NCBI RefSeq assembly: GCF_963528755.1 | Contig: NZ_CAURXA010000003.1 | Location: 113,030 to 177,029, forward strand | DNA: 64,000 bases | Direction of reading: 5' to 3' | From: an uncultured Selenomonas sp. | GTDB taxonomy: Bacteria; Bacillota; Negativicutes; Selenomonadales; Selenomonadaceae | Shown here: positions 1-7,616 of the stretch, piece by piece | How positions within the stretch are numbered: position 1 is the first letter of the stretch | Layout of the letters: each line of letters opens with the position of its first letter | Position numbers and translations under genes: made by a program | Notes under the pieces: model-generated | Told to the model about the DNA's origin: nothing | The model's input: only the letters and a program-made list of their open reading frames with translations | Database searches by the model: none

Positions 1-1011
1 CACGATGCGCTTGCCGTTGATCTGCATGACTCCGTCCCGGATGCAGAACTCACGGAAACCGACGCGCACGCGCACGATCTCCTGCAAAACCCCCGCCGCA
101 TCACGCACGCGGATCATAAGATGGTAGAGCCATGGGTGCTCCGCGCTCCAAAGAAGCACGCAGGCAGCCTCCATCGAGCACGCATGGCTCTTTGCCGTGA
201 TGACCGCCTTTTCCCCCTCTACGCAATCTCCTTCCGGATCGCAGAGCAGGATCTCGACATGCTTTTCTGCCGCATCGCCGAATGTGAGGTGCACATCAAG
301 CTTTCCGTGCGTATAGCCATCCCGCTCAAACGGCACGGCACGAACGGCAACATCCTCGATGTGATGCTGCGGTTTCGTGTAGAGAAGGACGTCGCGATAG
401 ATGCCCGAAAAGCGCCAGAAGTCCTGATCCTCAAGCCAGCTCGCGCTCGCATAGCGGAAGACCATCGCTGCCAGCTTGTTCTCCCCCGTCACGAGATACG
501 GCGTCAGGTCGAAGTCTGCAGGCGTGCAGCTGTCTTCACTGTAGCCGACGAAATGACCGTTGAGGAAGAGTGCGAGCGCCGCATCCACGCCGCCAAAGGA
601 GATATAGACGCGCTCCCAATCCTCGGGCACGGCAAAATACTTCACATAGCAGCCGACGGGATTATCGCGCACGGGAATCTCGCCCGGCACGATGCTCTCA
701 TGCCCGTCCCACGGGTACGTCGTATTCGTGTAATGCGGCGCTCCGTACCCCTCCATCTGGATATGCGCCGGCACACGGATCGTCTCCCAATCGCGGCAGT
801 CATAATCCGCCGCCTCGAATCCCTGCGGGATGTGCTCGGTGTTTCGCGCATAGGCGAAATGCCAAATGCCGTCGAGCGTGCGGTAAAATGAGGACACGCC
901 GCGCGCAAGCTCCGCTTCGTCGCGATAGAAGACGTGGTCGCTGTGCGCAGGCAGACGGTTCTCTGCGAAGTAGCACGGATCTTTCAATTTCTCAAAGTCG
1001 AATGCAGCCAT
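1..1011 (-). CDS. beta-galactosidase, GH2 family, N-terminal part (gene runs off the window start)
   Basis: Not in the ORF track because it is truncated. My reverse-strand translation from ATG 1011-1009 (GGAGG upstream) stays open to position 1: MAAFDFEKLKDPCYFAENRLPAHSDH..WETIRVPAHIQMEGYGAPHYTNTTYPWDG..LNGHFVGYSEDSCTPADFDLTPYL..SWLEDQDFWRFSGIYRDVLLY. This is the LacZ-type GH2 sugar-binding domain signature. Confidence 0.8.
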   Translation of the reverse strand, partial: MAAFDFEKLKDPCYFAENRLPAHSDHVFYRDEAELARGVSSFYRTLDGIWHFAYARNTEHIPQGFEAADYDCRDWETIRVPAHIQMEGYGAPHYTNTTYPWDGHESIVPGEIPVRDNPVGCYVKYFAVPEDWERVYISFGGVDAALALFLNGHFVGYSEDSCTPADFDLTPYLVTGENKLAAMVFRYASASWLEDQDFWRFSGIYRDVLLYTKPQHHIEDVAVRAVPFERDGYTHGKLDVHLTFGDAAEKHVEILLCDPEGDCVEGEKAVITAKSHACSMEAACVLLWSAEHPWLYHLMIRVRDAAGVLQEIVRVRVGFREFCIRDGVMQINGKRIV

Positions 1012-1124
1012 GTGAAACCTCCGATCTTGTAAAGGAAGCACGGATAAATGCAGCCACCCGTCTTATCAGCGCTTCCGAAAGAAAGCGGCCGCCGCCGACC
1101 GCTTTCCCATCTCCTAAAATAGAA

Positions 1125-2546
1125 TCACTTGTTCATTTCATCCCATTTCTCTTCGAGTTCTTCCACGATGCGCGCGTGCTCCGCCTCCGTGAGCGTCACC
1201 TTCGCACGGTAGAGAATCGTGCCGAGCAGGATGAGGGCAAACGGCGCAGCGAACATCACGAGCTTGAAGTGAAAGAGATTCTCCGGAGCAATCGTCTCCG
1301 CTGTCGCACCGCTCGTCATGCCGACCCAGATCGCGGTAAGGCCGATCATGCCGCTCGCAATCGCACCTGCGAGCTTGTCCACCAGCGGACGCACGCAGAG
1401 AACAAGCGCCTCGTCGCGATGCCCGAGCTTCAGCTGCCCGTACTCGACCGTATCCGTAATCGTCATGAGCACGACGAGGAAGATCAGCGGCTGCGGCAGG
1501 GAGAACAGACCTGCGGCAAAGAGCGTCATGACGACGCTCGTGCCCGCCATCGCGTAAAGAACAATGCCGGCGAGCATCACGGCGACCGAGCCGAAGAAGA
1601 GCCTGCGACGGCTGAACTTCTCCGTCAGCGTCGGGAAAAGCGCCACAGCGAGCAGACCGATGATGACGTTGATCACGCCGAGGAACGAAAACTGCTTTGC
1701 ATCGCCAAGCACATAGATGAAATAGTAGAGGTTGAAATTGTTGATGATATTCTGCCCAAGAACGAAAACAAGATACGCAATCGCGATCCAGAGCAGCTGA
1801 TCGTTCTTGATAAGCACGGAGAACACGTCCTTGAACGAAGTCTCCGTCTTGTTCTCGCGCAATGCGGAATCCTCTTCCTTCGTGCCAAGGCCGAGGATGA
1901 TCGCCCCGAGGGTCGCGATGCCGCCGCCGATGACGGCAAACGCAAACCAGCCCGCAGAGTCTCCCGCGCCGCCATTTTCATTCAGTGAGAAGTACAGGAC
2001 AACGGGCATGACGATAGCCGTCACCAACTGACCGCCGAACACCGAGCCGATACGCGCATAAGTCGCTGTCACCTCACGCTCGCGCGAGTCGAACGAGAGG
2101 GCGGGAATCATCGACCAGATCGCAACGTCCTTTGCCGAGTAGAACACATCCATGATGAGATAGAGCAATGCGAAGAGGACGAGGTAGAGCATCGGATTCG
2201 ACACTGTCAGCCCGCCCATATCCGTAAAGAGGATCGCAAGGGAAATCGCCGCGACAAACGCACCCACAATCACCCAAGGTTTGAACTTGCCCCAGCGCGT
2301 CTTCGTCTTGTCAATCGTATTGCCGATGAACGGATCGAGGAAGAGCTCGCCCACGCGCAAGACGAGGATGATCGTCGTCACAATGCCGATCATATAAGCA
2401 TCGTGTTCGTGGTTTTCGGAGTGAAACAGATTGCTCGTGACAAAGATCATGAAATACGTCGCGAGCATGGCATAGAACACATCATGTCCGAAGGTGCCGC
2501 AGGAATACGCAATACGCGGCCAGAATTTGCTCTTTTTGTCCGACAT
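1125..2546 (-). CDS. glycoside-pentoside-hexuronide (GPH) family sugar:cation symporter (MelB/LacS-like)
   Basis: 473-aa ORF with a 12-TM-like hydrophobic profile. N-terminus MSDKKSKFWPRIAYSCGTFGHDVFYAMLATYF is typical of GPH carriers. GGAGGG RBS. Lies directly upstream of the GH2 gene. Confidence 0.85.
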   Translation of the reverse strand: MSDKKSKFWPRIAYSCGTFGHDVFYAMLATYFMIFVTSNLFHSENHEHDAYMIGIVTTIILVLRVGELFLDPFIGNTIDKTKTRWGKFKPWVIVGAFVAAISLAILFTDMGGLTVSNPMLYLVLFALLYLIMDVFYSAKDVAIWSMIPALSFDSREREVTATYARIGSVFGGQLVTAIVMPVVLYFSLNENGGAGDSAGWFAFAVIGGGIATLGAIILGLGTKEEDSALRENKTETSFKDVFSVLIKNDQLLWIAIAYLVFVLGQNIINNFNLYYFIYVLGDAKQFSFLGVINVIIGLLAVALFPTLTEKFSRRRLFFGSVAVMLAGIVLYAMAGTSVVMTLFAAGLFSLPQPLIFLVVLMTITDTVEYGQLKLGHRDEALVLCVRPLVDKLAGAIASGMIGLTAIWVGMTSGATAETIAPENLFHFKLVMFAAPFALILLGTILYRAKVTLTEAEHARIVEELEEKWDEMNK

Positions 2547-2558
2547 GGGAAGCCCTCC

Positions 2559-3164
2559 TCAGCCTTTGACCGTGCGGATGTAGGCGATGATGCCGTCCGC
2601 AATCTTTCCGAGCGGTTCTTTACTCGTATTCACAACGAGATCATAGTGCGTTCCGTCGCCCCACTTGCGCCCCGTATAGTAGTCATAGTAGCGCGCGCGT
2701 TTCTCGTTCTCGCGATTCAGCTCCTTGAGCGTCTTGCCCTCGTAGACCGTGCGCCCGCGCTCCTCGCGGTAGTCGTCGTCCGCACAAACGAAGACGGAAA
2801 ATACATCGTCGCGCTTTCGGAGCGCATAGTCCGCGCAGCGTCCGAGGAAGATGCAGGGACCGTCGGCGGCGAGCTTGCGCACAACGTTCGACTCCGCCAT
2901 AAACATCCCCTGGCTCGACTCCCCCATCGCCATGCCGAATGAGTGAAACGGGATGAAGCGCGAGGACAGTGGCTTCACTGTATTCTCAAACTCAAGCAGC
3001 TCCTTCTCATTCAGATCGTTGATGCCAAGCTTCGCCGCGGCAAGATGCACGATCTGACGATCGTAGAGATGGACGCCCAACTTCTCCGCGAGCAGCCCGG
3101 CAAGCTCCCGTCCGCCGCAGCCATATTGGCGGCTGATGGTGAGAATGAATTTCTTCTCCTCCAT
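2559..3164 (-). CDS. cytidylate kinase-like family protein
   Basis: 201 aa. N-terminal ISRQYGCGGRELAGLLAEKLG nucleotide-binding signature of the cytidylate-kinase-like family. AAGGAGG RBS. Stop is 12 nt before the transporter start. Confidence 0.75.
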   Translation of the reverse strand: MEEKKFILTISRQYGCGGRELAGLLAEKLGVHLYDRQIVHLAAAKLGINDLNEKELLEFENTVKPLSSRFIPFHSFGMAMGESSQGMFMAESNVVRKLAADGPCIFLGRCADYALRKRDDVFSVFVCADDDYREERGRTVYEGKTLKELNRENEKRARYYDYYTGRKWGDGTHYDLVVNTSKEPLGKIADGIIAYIRTVKG

Positions 3165-3510
3165 GTGACTTCCTCCTTCATCATTGGGAAACGGCTATGC
3201 GTCTCCCGTAAACAAACCTTGAAAATAATAGGAGCGGGGAATATAGTAAACGTTTTCTTTCTTACGTTTTCTATTATACTCTACAGGTTTCAGAAAAGCA
3301 AACGTTTTCTTTTTGAAATGCAAAACTTTTTTCTCTATAAGAATGCGAACGTTCCTGATGATTATTCATCCGCGAGCGTCCCCTGCCGTATGCGGCCAAT
3401 CTCGCTCTAGGATTATAGACTTAATCGCAAGCATAAAAGAAGGAGGAGACCATCGCCTCCTCCCCCTTTTACGCTTACGTCTACCAGCAGGTACTCCTCG
3501 CCAATCTCGC

Positions 3511-4227
3511 TCACTCACTCAAGTAATACTCGATATGCACCTCGGCGCTCGTCTCCAACATGCCCGGTGCAATCGGCGTCGGAGCTGCATCGGCGGCCAT
3601 GAGCATCTTCGCGCCCGCGCTGCGCTCAGCGAACGGATAGGTGTTCTCCGAGACGGCCTTCAGTCCGACGACGCGCCTGCCCAAAGCGGCGGCAAGCTCG
3701 TCCGCCTTTTTTCGTGCGTCATTGACAGCAGCAGTCAAGGCAATCTTGCGAACCTTGTCCGCATTCTTCACGCCGAAATCCAGCGAAGATATGCTGTTCG
3801 CACCATTCTTGAGCGCGAGGTCGATGACACGGCTGACATCAGCGAGATCATCGATGCGCACCGTCACATTGTTCTCCGCGCGATAGCCCGTGATCTCATT
3901 CTCGCGCGTCTCGCGTTCATAAAGCGGCTGGAAGTAGTAGCCGCGTGTCTGGATGTTCGCCTCGGGGATGCCGGCTGCGACAAGCGCCTGCTGCACCGCC
4001 TGCGCCTTCTTTGCATTCTCCTCCTGCGCCGTCTTCGCGTCCGCTGCCTGCGTGACGACGCCGACCGAGATCGTCGCGCAGTCGGGCGCCGCCTCCGCCC
4101 TGCCCGTGCCGTCGACCATGAGGACGGGCGGCTCTGAAGTCTGCGGTGCTGCTGCCTCTGCCGCCTGCGGTGCGCACAGGAAGAGTCCCGTTGCGATTGC
4201 AGCGAGGATGGATTTCATCTTGTTCAT
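3511..4227 (-). CDS. SIMPL (DUF541) domain periplasmic protein
   Basis: 238 aa with signal peptide MNKMKSILAAIATGLFLCAPQAAEA. The body resembles BP26/SIMPL proteins (..VSVGVVTQA..TAQEENAKKAQAV..). AAGGAG RBS. Confidence 0.8.
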   Translation of the reverse strand: MNKMKSILAAIATGLFLCAPQAAEAAAPQTSEPPVLMVDGTGRAEAAPDCATISVGVVTQAADAKTAQEENAKKAQAVQQALVAAGIPEANIQTRGYYFQPLYERETRENEITGYRAENNVTVRIDDLADVSRVIDLALKNGANSISSLDFGVKNADKVRKIALTAAVNDARKKADELAAALGRRVVGLKAVSENTYPFAERSAGAKMLMAADAAPTPIAPGMLETSAEVHIEYYLSE

Positions 4228-4354
4228 CTCGATCTCTCCTTTTCTTTCCTAAATAGAAAATTTTCACTCGGTGTGTTTCCCCTCTGTGGATATGTCCATT
4301 ATAGCATGACTCCTCAGGAATACGAGTTAGAACTCTCTCACCCCCGTATGTGGT

Positions 4355-4383
4355 TTGCACATCGCCTGCATTGCTGATATACT
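4355..4383 (+). promoter_or_regulatory. sigma-70-type promoter of gltX
   Basis: TTGCAC (4355-4360), 17-nt spacer, then TGaTATACT extended -10 (TATACT 4378-4383). About 50 nt upstream of the gltX start. Confidence 0.5.
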
Positions 4384-4432
4384 ACAACAAGAAACTAGAA
4401 TAGACACAAAAAGAGCATCGGGAGGAATCATC

Positions 4433-5893
4433 TTGAGCAATCGTATACGCACGCGCTTCGCGCCCAGTCCCACGGGCTACATGCACATCGGCAATCTGCG
4501 CACAGCGCTTTACGGCTATCTCTTCGCGAAGTCCCAGGGCGGCGACTTCATCCTGCGCATCGAGGACACGGATCAGGAGCGCTTCGTCGAAGGCGCACGC
4601 GAGGTCATCAACGAGAGTCTTGCCGCCGCACACATCATCGCCGATGAAAGCCCTGAAAAGGGTGGCGCTTTCGGCCCCTATGTGCAGAGCGAGCGCAAGG
4701 CGATCTACAAGGAATATGCCGAAAAACTCGTCGCCAGCGGCCACGCCTATCGCTGCTTCTGCTCGGCGAAAGATCATGCGCACGAGCCGGAATCCGAAAA
4801 GTTCGGCGGCTATGACCGCCACTGCCGCGACCTCGCCCCCGAGGAAATCGAGCGCCAGCTTGCGGCGGGAACGCCCTACGTCATCCGCCAGAAGATGCCG
4901 CTCACCGGCTCGACGACGTACCGCGATCTGATCCTCGGCAGCATCACGATCGAGAACAGCGAACTCGAAGACCAGATTCTCTTGAAGAGCGACGGCATGC
5001 CGACGTACAACTTCGCCAACGTCGTAGACGATCACCTCATGGAGATCACGCACGTCATCCGCGGCAACGAGTACATCACTTCGACGCCCAAGCATGTGCT
5101 GCTCTACGAATTCTTCGGCTGGCAGCTGCCCGAGTTCATCCACCTGCCGCCCGTCATGGGAAAGAGCGAAGACGGCACCGTGTCGAAGCTCTCGAAGCGT
5201 CACGGCGCAGCGAGTTTCGGCCAGCTTCTCGACAAAGGCTACCTCGCCGAAGCCGTCACGAACTATGTCGCGCTCCTCGGCTGGTCGCCCAAGGACACGA
5301 ATCAGGAAATCTTCACGATGGAAGAGCTCATCGGGGCGTTCTCCCTAGACGGCATCAGCAAGTCGCCCGCCATCTTCGACTACAAGAAGCTCGACTGGAT
5401 GAACGGCGAATACTTCAAGTCGATGGAGTCCGACGCCTTCGCCAAACTCGCGCGTCCCTTCGCCGGCGACCTACCAGCAGAACTTGCCGAGAAGTGGGAC
5501 TACGCCGCCGAAGTCCTGCGCCCGCGCCTCAGCCGCCTCGGCGAAATCAAAGAGCAGATCCATTTCCTCATCGAGATGCCCGACTACGACCTCGACTGCT
5601 ACACGAACAAGCGCAACAAGACGAACCCGGAAAAGGCGCGCACTCTCCTTCCCGAAGCGCTGCCGATGCTCGAAAGCATAGAGCCGTGGACTCCCGACGC
5701 CATCAACGCGGCGCTCGACGCCTTCGCAGAACAGCGCGGCGAAAAGAAGGGCGCCGTCATGTGGCCGCTTCGCATCGCCGTCTCAGGGCAGAAAGTCACG
5801 CCGGGCGGCCTCACGGAAGTACTCTTCCTGCTCGGCAAAAAAAATTCTCTCGATCGTCTCAAAAAAAGTCTTGCCAAACTGCAGAATATGTAA
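4433..5893 (+). CDS. gltX: glutamate--tRNA ligase
   Basis: ORF 4355..5893 trimmed to TTG 4433, preceded by GGGAGG. Contains RFAPSPTGYMHIGNLRTALY (HIGH region) and VSKLSKRHG (KMSKS). Full-length similarity to the GltX architecture. Confidence 0.92.
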   Translation: MSNRIRTRFAPSPTGYMHIGNLRTALYGYLFAKSQGGDFILRIEDTDQERFVEGAREVINESLAAAHIIADESPEKGGAFGPYVQSERKAIYKEYAEKLVASGHAYRCFCSAKDHAHEPESEKFGGYDRHCRDLAPEEIERQLAAGTPYVIRQKMPLTGSTTYRDLILGSITIENSELEDQILLKSDGMPTYNFANVVDDHLMEITHVIRGNEYITSTPKHVLLYEFFGWQLPEFIHLPPVMGKSEDGTVSKLSKRHGAASFGQLLDKGYLAEAVTNYVALLGWSPKDTNQEIFTMEELIGAFSLDGISKSPAIFDYKKLDWMNGEYFKSMESDAFAKLARPFAGDLPAELAEKWDYAAEVLRPRLSRLGEIKEQIHFLIEMPDYDLDCYTNKRNKTNPEKARTLLPEALPMLESIEPWTPDAINAALDAFAEQRGEKKGAVMWPLRIAVSGQKVTPGGLTEVLFLLGKKNSLDRLKKSLAKLQNM

Positions 5894-5914
5894 TATAATA
5901 AGTCGTGTTCATGC

Positions 5915-5989
5915 GGCTCCTTCGTCAAGTGGTTAAGACACCGCCCTCTCACGGCGGGTTCATGGGTTCGAATCCCATAGGAGTCACCA
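5915..5989 (+). tRNA. tRNA-Glu (anticodon CUC), CCA encoded
   Basis: Cloverleaf folded by hand: acceptor GGCTCCT/AGGAGTC; D arm GTC-AAGTGGTTAA-GAC; anticodon stem CCGCC/GGCGG with loop CT-CTC-AC; 4-nt variable loop; T arm ATGGG-TTCGAAT-CCCAT; discriminator A plus CCA. Confidence 0.9.
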
Positions 5990-5999
5990 AGAATTTTCA

Positions 6000-6029
6000 G
6001 GGCTGAAGCCATTGGCTTCAGCCCTTTTT
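6000..6029 (+). terminator. rho-independent terminator after tRNA-Glu
   Basis: GGGCTGAAGCC-ATT-GGCTTCAGCCC followed by TTTTT. Confidence 0.8.
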
Positions 6030-6030
6030 A

Positions 6031-6506
6031 CTGACCTATCCAAGAAGCAAGCCCAACGGGCGCAGCTGATTGGCAAATAGGTCGTATGCGAAAACGTCCC
6101 GTAAGTCAAGCCCAAAGGGCGCAGACGAACGGCTGACGTTGACCGCTGCTGACTTGTCCGTAAAGCGAACCCCGAAGGGGTGAAGCTGAACGGGTAACAA
6201 GTCGTATGCGAAAACGTCCCAAGAACGCGAGCCAACGGCGAAGCGTGATTGGTCGACGTTGACCGCTGCTGACCTATCCAAGAAGCAAGCCCAACGGGCG
6301 CAGCTGATTGGCAAATAGGTCGTATGCGAAAACGTCCCGTAAGTCAAGCCCAAAGGGCGCAGACGAACGGCTGACGTTGACCGCTGCTGACTTGTCCGTA
6401 AAGCGAACCCCGAAGGGGTGAAGCTGAACGGGTAACAAGTCGTATGCGAAAACGTCCCGTAAGTCAAGCCCAAAGGGCGCAAACGAACGGCTGACGTTGA
6501 CCGCAC
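6031..6506. repeat. tandem array of eight hairpin-forming units of about 60 nt (period 118-120 bp, four double units)
   Basis: Motif A GTCGTATGCGAAAACGTCCC occurs at 6081, 6201, 6319 and 6439. Motif B GACGTTGACCGCTGCTGAC occurs at 6135, 6255, 6373 and 6493 (the last partial). The segments between them each carry a short GC hairpin (GCCC-AAC-GGGC, GCCC-AAA-GGGC, ACCCC-GAA-GGGGT, GCC-AAC-GGC) with complementary flanks. Confidence 0.9.
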
Positions 6507-6507
6507 C

Positions 6508-6536
6508 TTCTCTTTTTCCCCAGAATATGGTATACT
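6508..6536 (+). promoter_or_regulatory. extended -10 promoter of the small toxin-like ORF
   Basis: TGgTATACT (TG 6528-6529, TATACT 6531-6536). The -35 region is weak. Confidence 0.45.
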
Positions 6537-6586
6537 TTGCTCGTTGCCGCCTCCAGACTGGCACAGGAAGGAGGTGCATGTAGAAT

Positions 6587-6697
6587 ATGGAAAATGTCAC
6601 TACTAACTTCCTTATCTCCGTCGCGGCAGGAATAGTCTGCCACTATCTCTGCAGATGGCTTGACGAGAGAGAAACCGGCAACAAGCCTGAGCGTTAG
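6587..6697 (+). CDS. 36-aa hydrophobic peptide, Fst/Ldr-like type I toxin candidate
   Basis: Below the ORF-track size cutoff. Sequence is MENVTTNFLISVAAGIVCHYLCRWLDERETGNKPER: one TM segment followed by a WLDE-charged tail, as in Fst (..ISRVLDEEDDSRK). GGAGG at 6570-6574. An upstream CCTCC (6550-6554) could sequester the SD. Confidence 0.5.
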   Translation: MENVTTNFLISVAAGIVCHYLCRWLDERETGNKPER

Positions 6698-6717
6698 TCC
6701 CTGCTCGCATCATGGGA

Positions 6718-6793
6718 ACAGGAAAGCCCCCCAAGCTGTAACCTCGGGGGGCTTTCCGCATGTAGAAATGGTGTCACCACTACTTTCCTGCCG
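6718..6793 (-). ncRNA. candidate antitoxin sRNA, convergent to the toxin ORF
   Basis: Its 5' part is the complement of plus-strand GCATGTAGAAATGGTGTCACCACTAC (6759-6784). That sequence is a direct-repeat copy of the toxin translation-initiation region GCATGTAGAATATGGAAAATGTCACTAC (6576-6603). The RNA ends at the shared hairpin. Confidence 0.4.
6721..6758. terminator. shared (bidirectional) 12-bp GC hairpin between the toxin ORF and the antisense RNA
   Basis: GGAAAGCCCCCC-loop-GGGGGGCTTTCC. No clear U-tract on either side. Confidence 0.55.
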
Positions 6794-6798
6794 CACTC

Positions 6799-6828
6799 AG
6801 TATAGCACATTTACCCAGTGATATGCAA
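6799..6828 (-). promoter_or_regulatory. promoter of the candidate antitoxin sRNA
   Basis: Reverse strand reads TTGCAT (6828-6823), 18-nt spacer, then TGcTATACT (TATACT 6804-6799). Confidence 0.55.
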
Positions 6829-6836
6829 GTCATTCC

Positions 6837-7559
6837 TCAATGGCAGCCTCGGTCCTTCCATCGCGCCACCATTTCCCTTGCTGCACCTTCCGCATCTGCC
6901 GCCGCTGCCACGGCGGAGATCACGAAGAAGCCGGCGGCGCCCGCCGCTTTGACAGCGGGAAGATCCGCCGCCTTAACGCCACCGCCGACGATCACGGGCA
7001 CGGGACTCTTTTGGGCGAAGGCGGCGATTTCCGCCAGGCTGCGCGTACGGAAGCTGCCGTCTGCCTCGATGCCGGCATCGGGCTTTGACGCCGTCGCGTG
7101 CAAAGGACCTGTGCCGATGTAGTCGGCAGCCGCCAAATCCTCAGGCGCAAGCCGAGGAAGATCCTGCGGATGCGCCGACAGGCCGACGATCGCCGCTTCC
7201 CCGAGAAGGCGGCGGCAAATATGCGCGGGCACGTCCTTCTGCCCCACATGCACGCCCGCGACGGCGACGCCCATCTCCCGCGCCGCGAGCGCGACGTCGA
7301 GCCGATCGTCGACGAGAAGCGGCACGCTTGCTGCCGCGCCGGCCGCCTCGATCGCCCGCGCCGCCTCGCCGAGCAGCGCGATCTGCTCGCGTGCGCTCTC
7401 CTCCTTCGCGCGAAGCTGCACCGCCGTGAAGCCCGCGCACACCGCCGCCTTGACGATCTCGCCGACGCGCCGCCCCTTCGTATCACGAGGCCCGATGACG
7501 AGATACGCCGTGACCGCGAGATGCGAGCGCAAAGTCATATCGCTCACGGAAAAGCCCAT
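6837..7559 (-). CDS. thiE: thiamine-phosphate synthase
   Basis: ORF 6837..7574 trimmed to ATG 7559 (GGGAGG 9 nt upstream). ThiE-like sequence: ..YLVIGPRD..FTAVQLRAKE..LLVDDRLDVA..GVHVGQKD..IGTGPLHATASKPDAG..VIVGGGV. Confidence 0.85.
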   Translation of the reverse strand: MGFSVSDMTLRSHLAVTAYLVIGPRDTKGRRVGEIVKAAVCAGFTAVQLRAKEESAREQIALLGEAARAIEAAGAAASVPLLVDDRLDVALAAREMGVAVAGVHVGQKDVPAHICRRLLGEAAIVGLSAHPQDLPRLAPEDLAAADYIGTGPLHATASKPDAGIEADGSFRTRSLAEIAAFAQKSPVPVIVGGGVKAADLPAVKAAGAAGFFVISAVAAAADAEGAAREMVARWKDRGCH

Positions 7560-7585
7560 AGGAGCGCCTCCCATCCCTTATCCAT

Positions 7586-7613
7586 ACAAAAAGAGAGCCT
7601 TTCGGCTCTCTCT
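7586..7613 (-). terminator. terminator after rpsR
   Basis: Reverse strand reads AGAGAGCC-GAAA-GGCTCTCT followed by TTTTGT. Confidence 0.7.
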
Positions 7614-7616
7614 TCC

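Noticed and set aside
570-1988. Long Arg/Ala/Pro-rich ORFs antisense to well-supported genes, for example 570..1988, 7098..8720, 11199..12773, 12397..14334, 23852..25666, 50142..52256, 59960..61549, 61468..62682 and 62270..63898.
   Set aside because: These are typical high-GC shadow ORFs. Their composition is extreme in Arg, Ala and Pro, they have no RBS, they span several real genes and intergenic terminators, and every one lies opposite a gene with clear family signatures.
4228-4432. T-box leader upstream of gltX.
   Set aside because: There is no AGGGTGGNACCGCG T-box sequence and no specifier/terminator-antiterminator arrangement. Only a promoter and a 50-nt leader are present.
6031-6506. 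Possible CRISPR array (regularly spaced 19-20-nt conserved motifs).
   Set aside because: The 'spacers' are not unique: they recur, and the 238-bp double unit is duplicated. They are themselves degenerate copies of the same hairpin unit. Two different linkers alternate, and there are no cas genes nearby. The region behaves as a tandem structured repeat, not a CRISPR.
6036-6600. ORF-track proteins 6036..6506 (156 aa), 6274..6600 (108 aa) and 5984..6235 (83 aa) on the minus strand.
   Set aside because: They are reading-frame artefacts of the tandem repeat, with periodic peptide AVRLRPLGLTYGTFSHTT... They have no RBS, and they run through the tRNA terminator and the toxin promoter.
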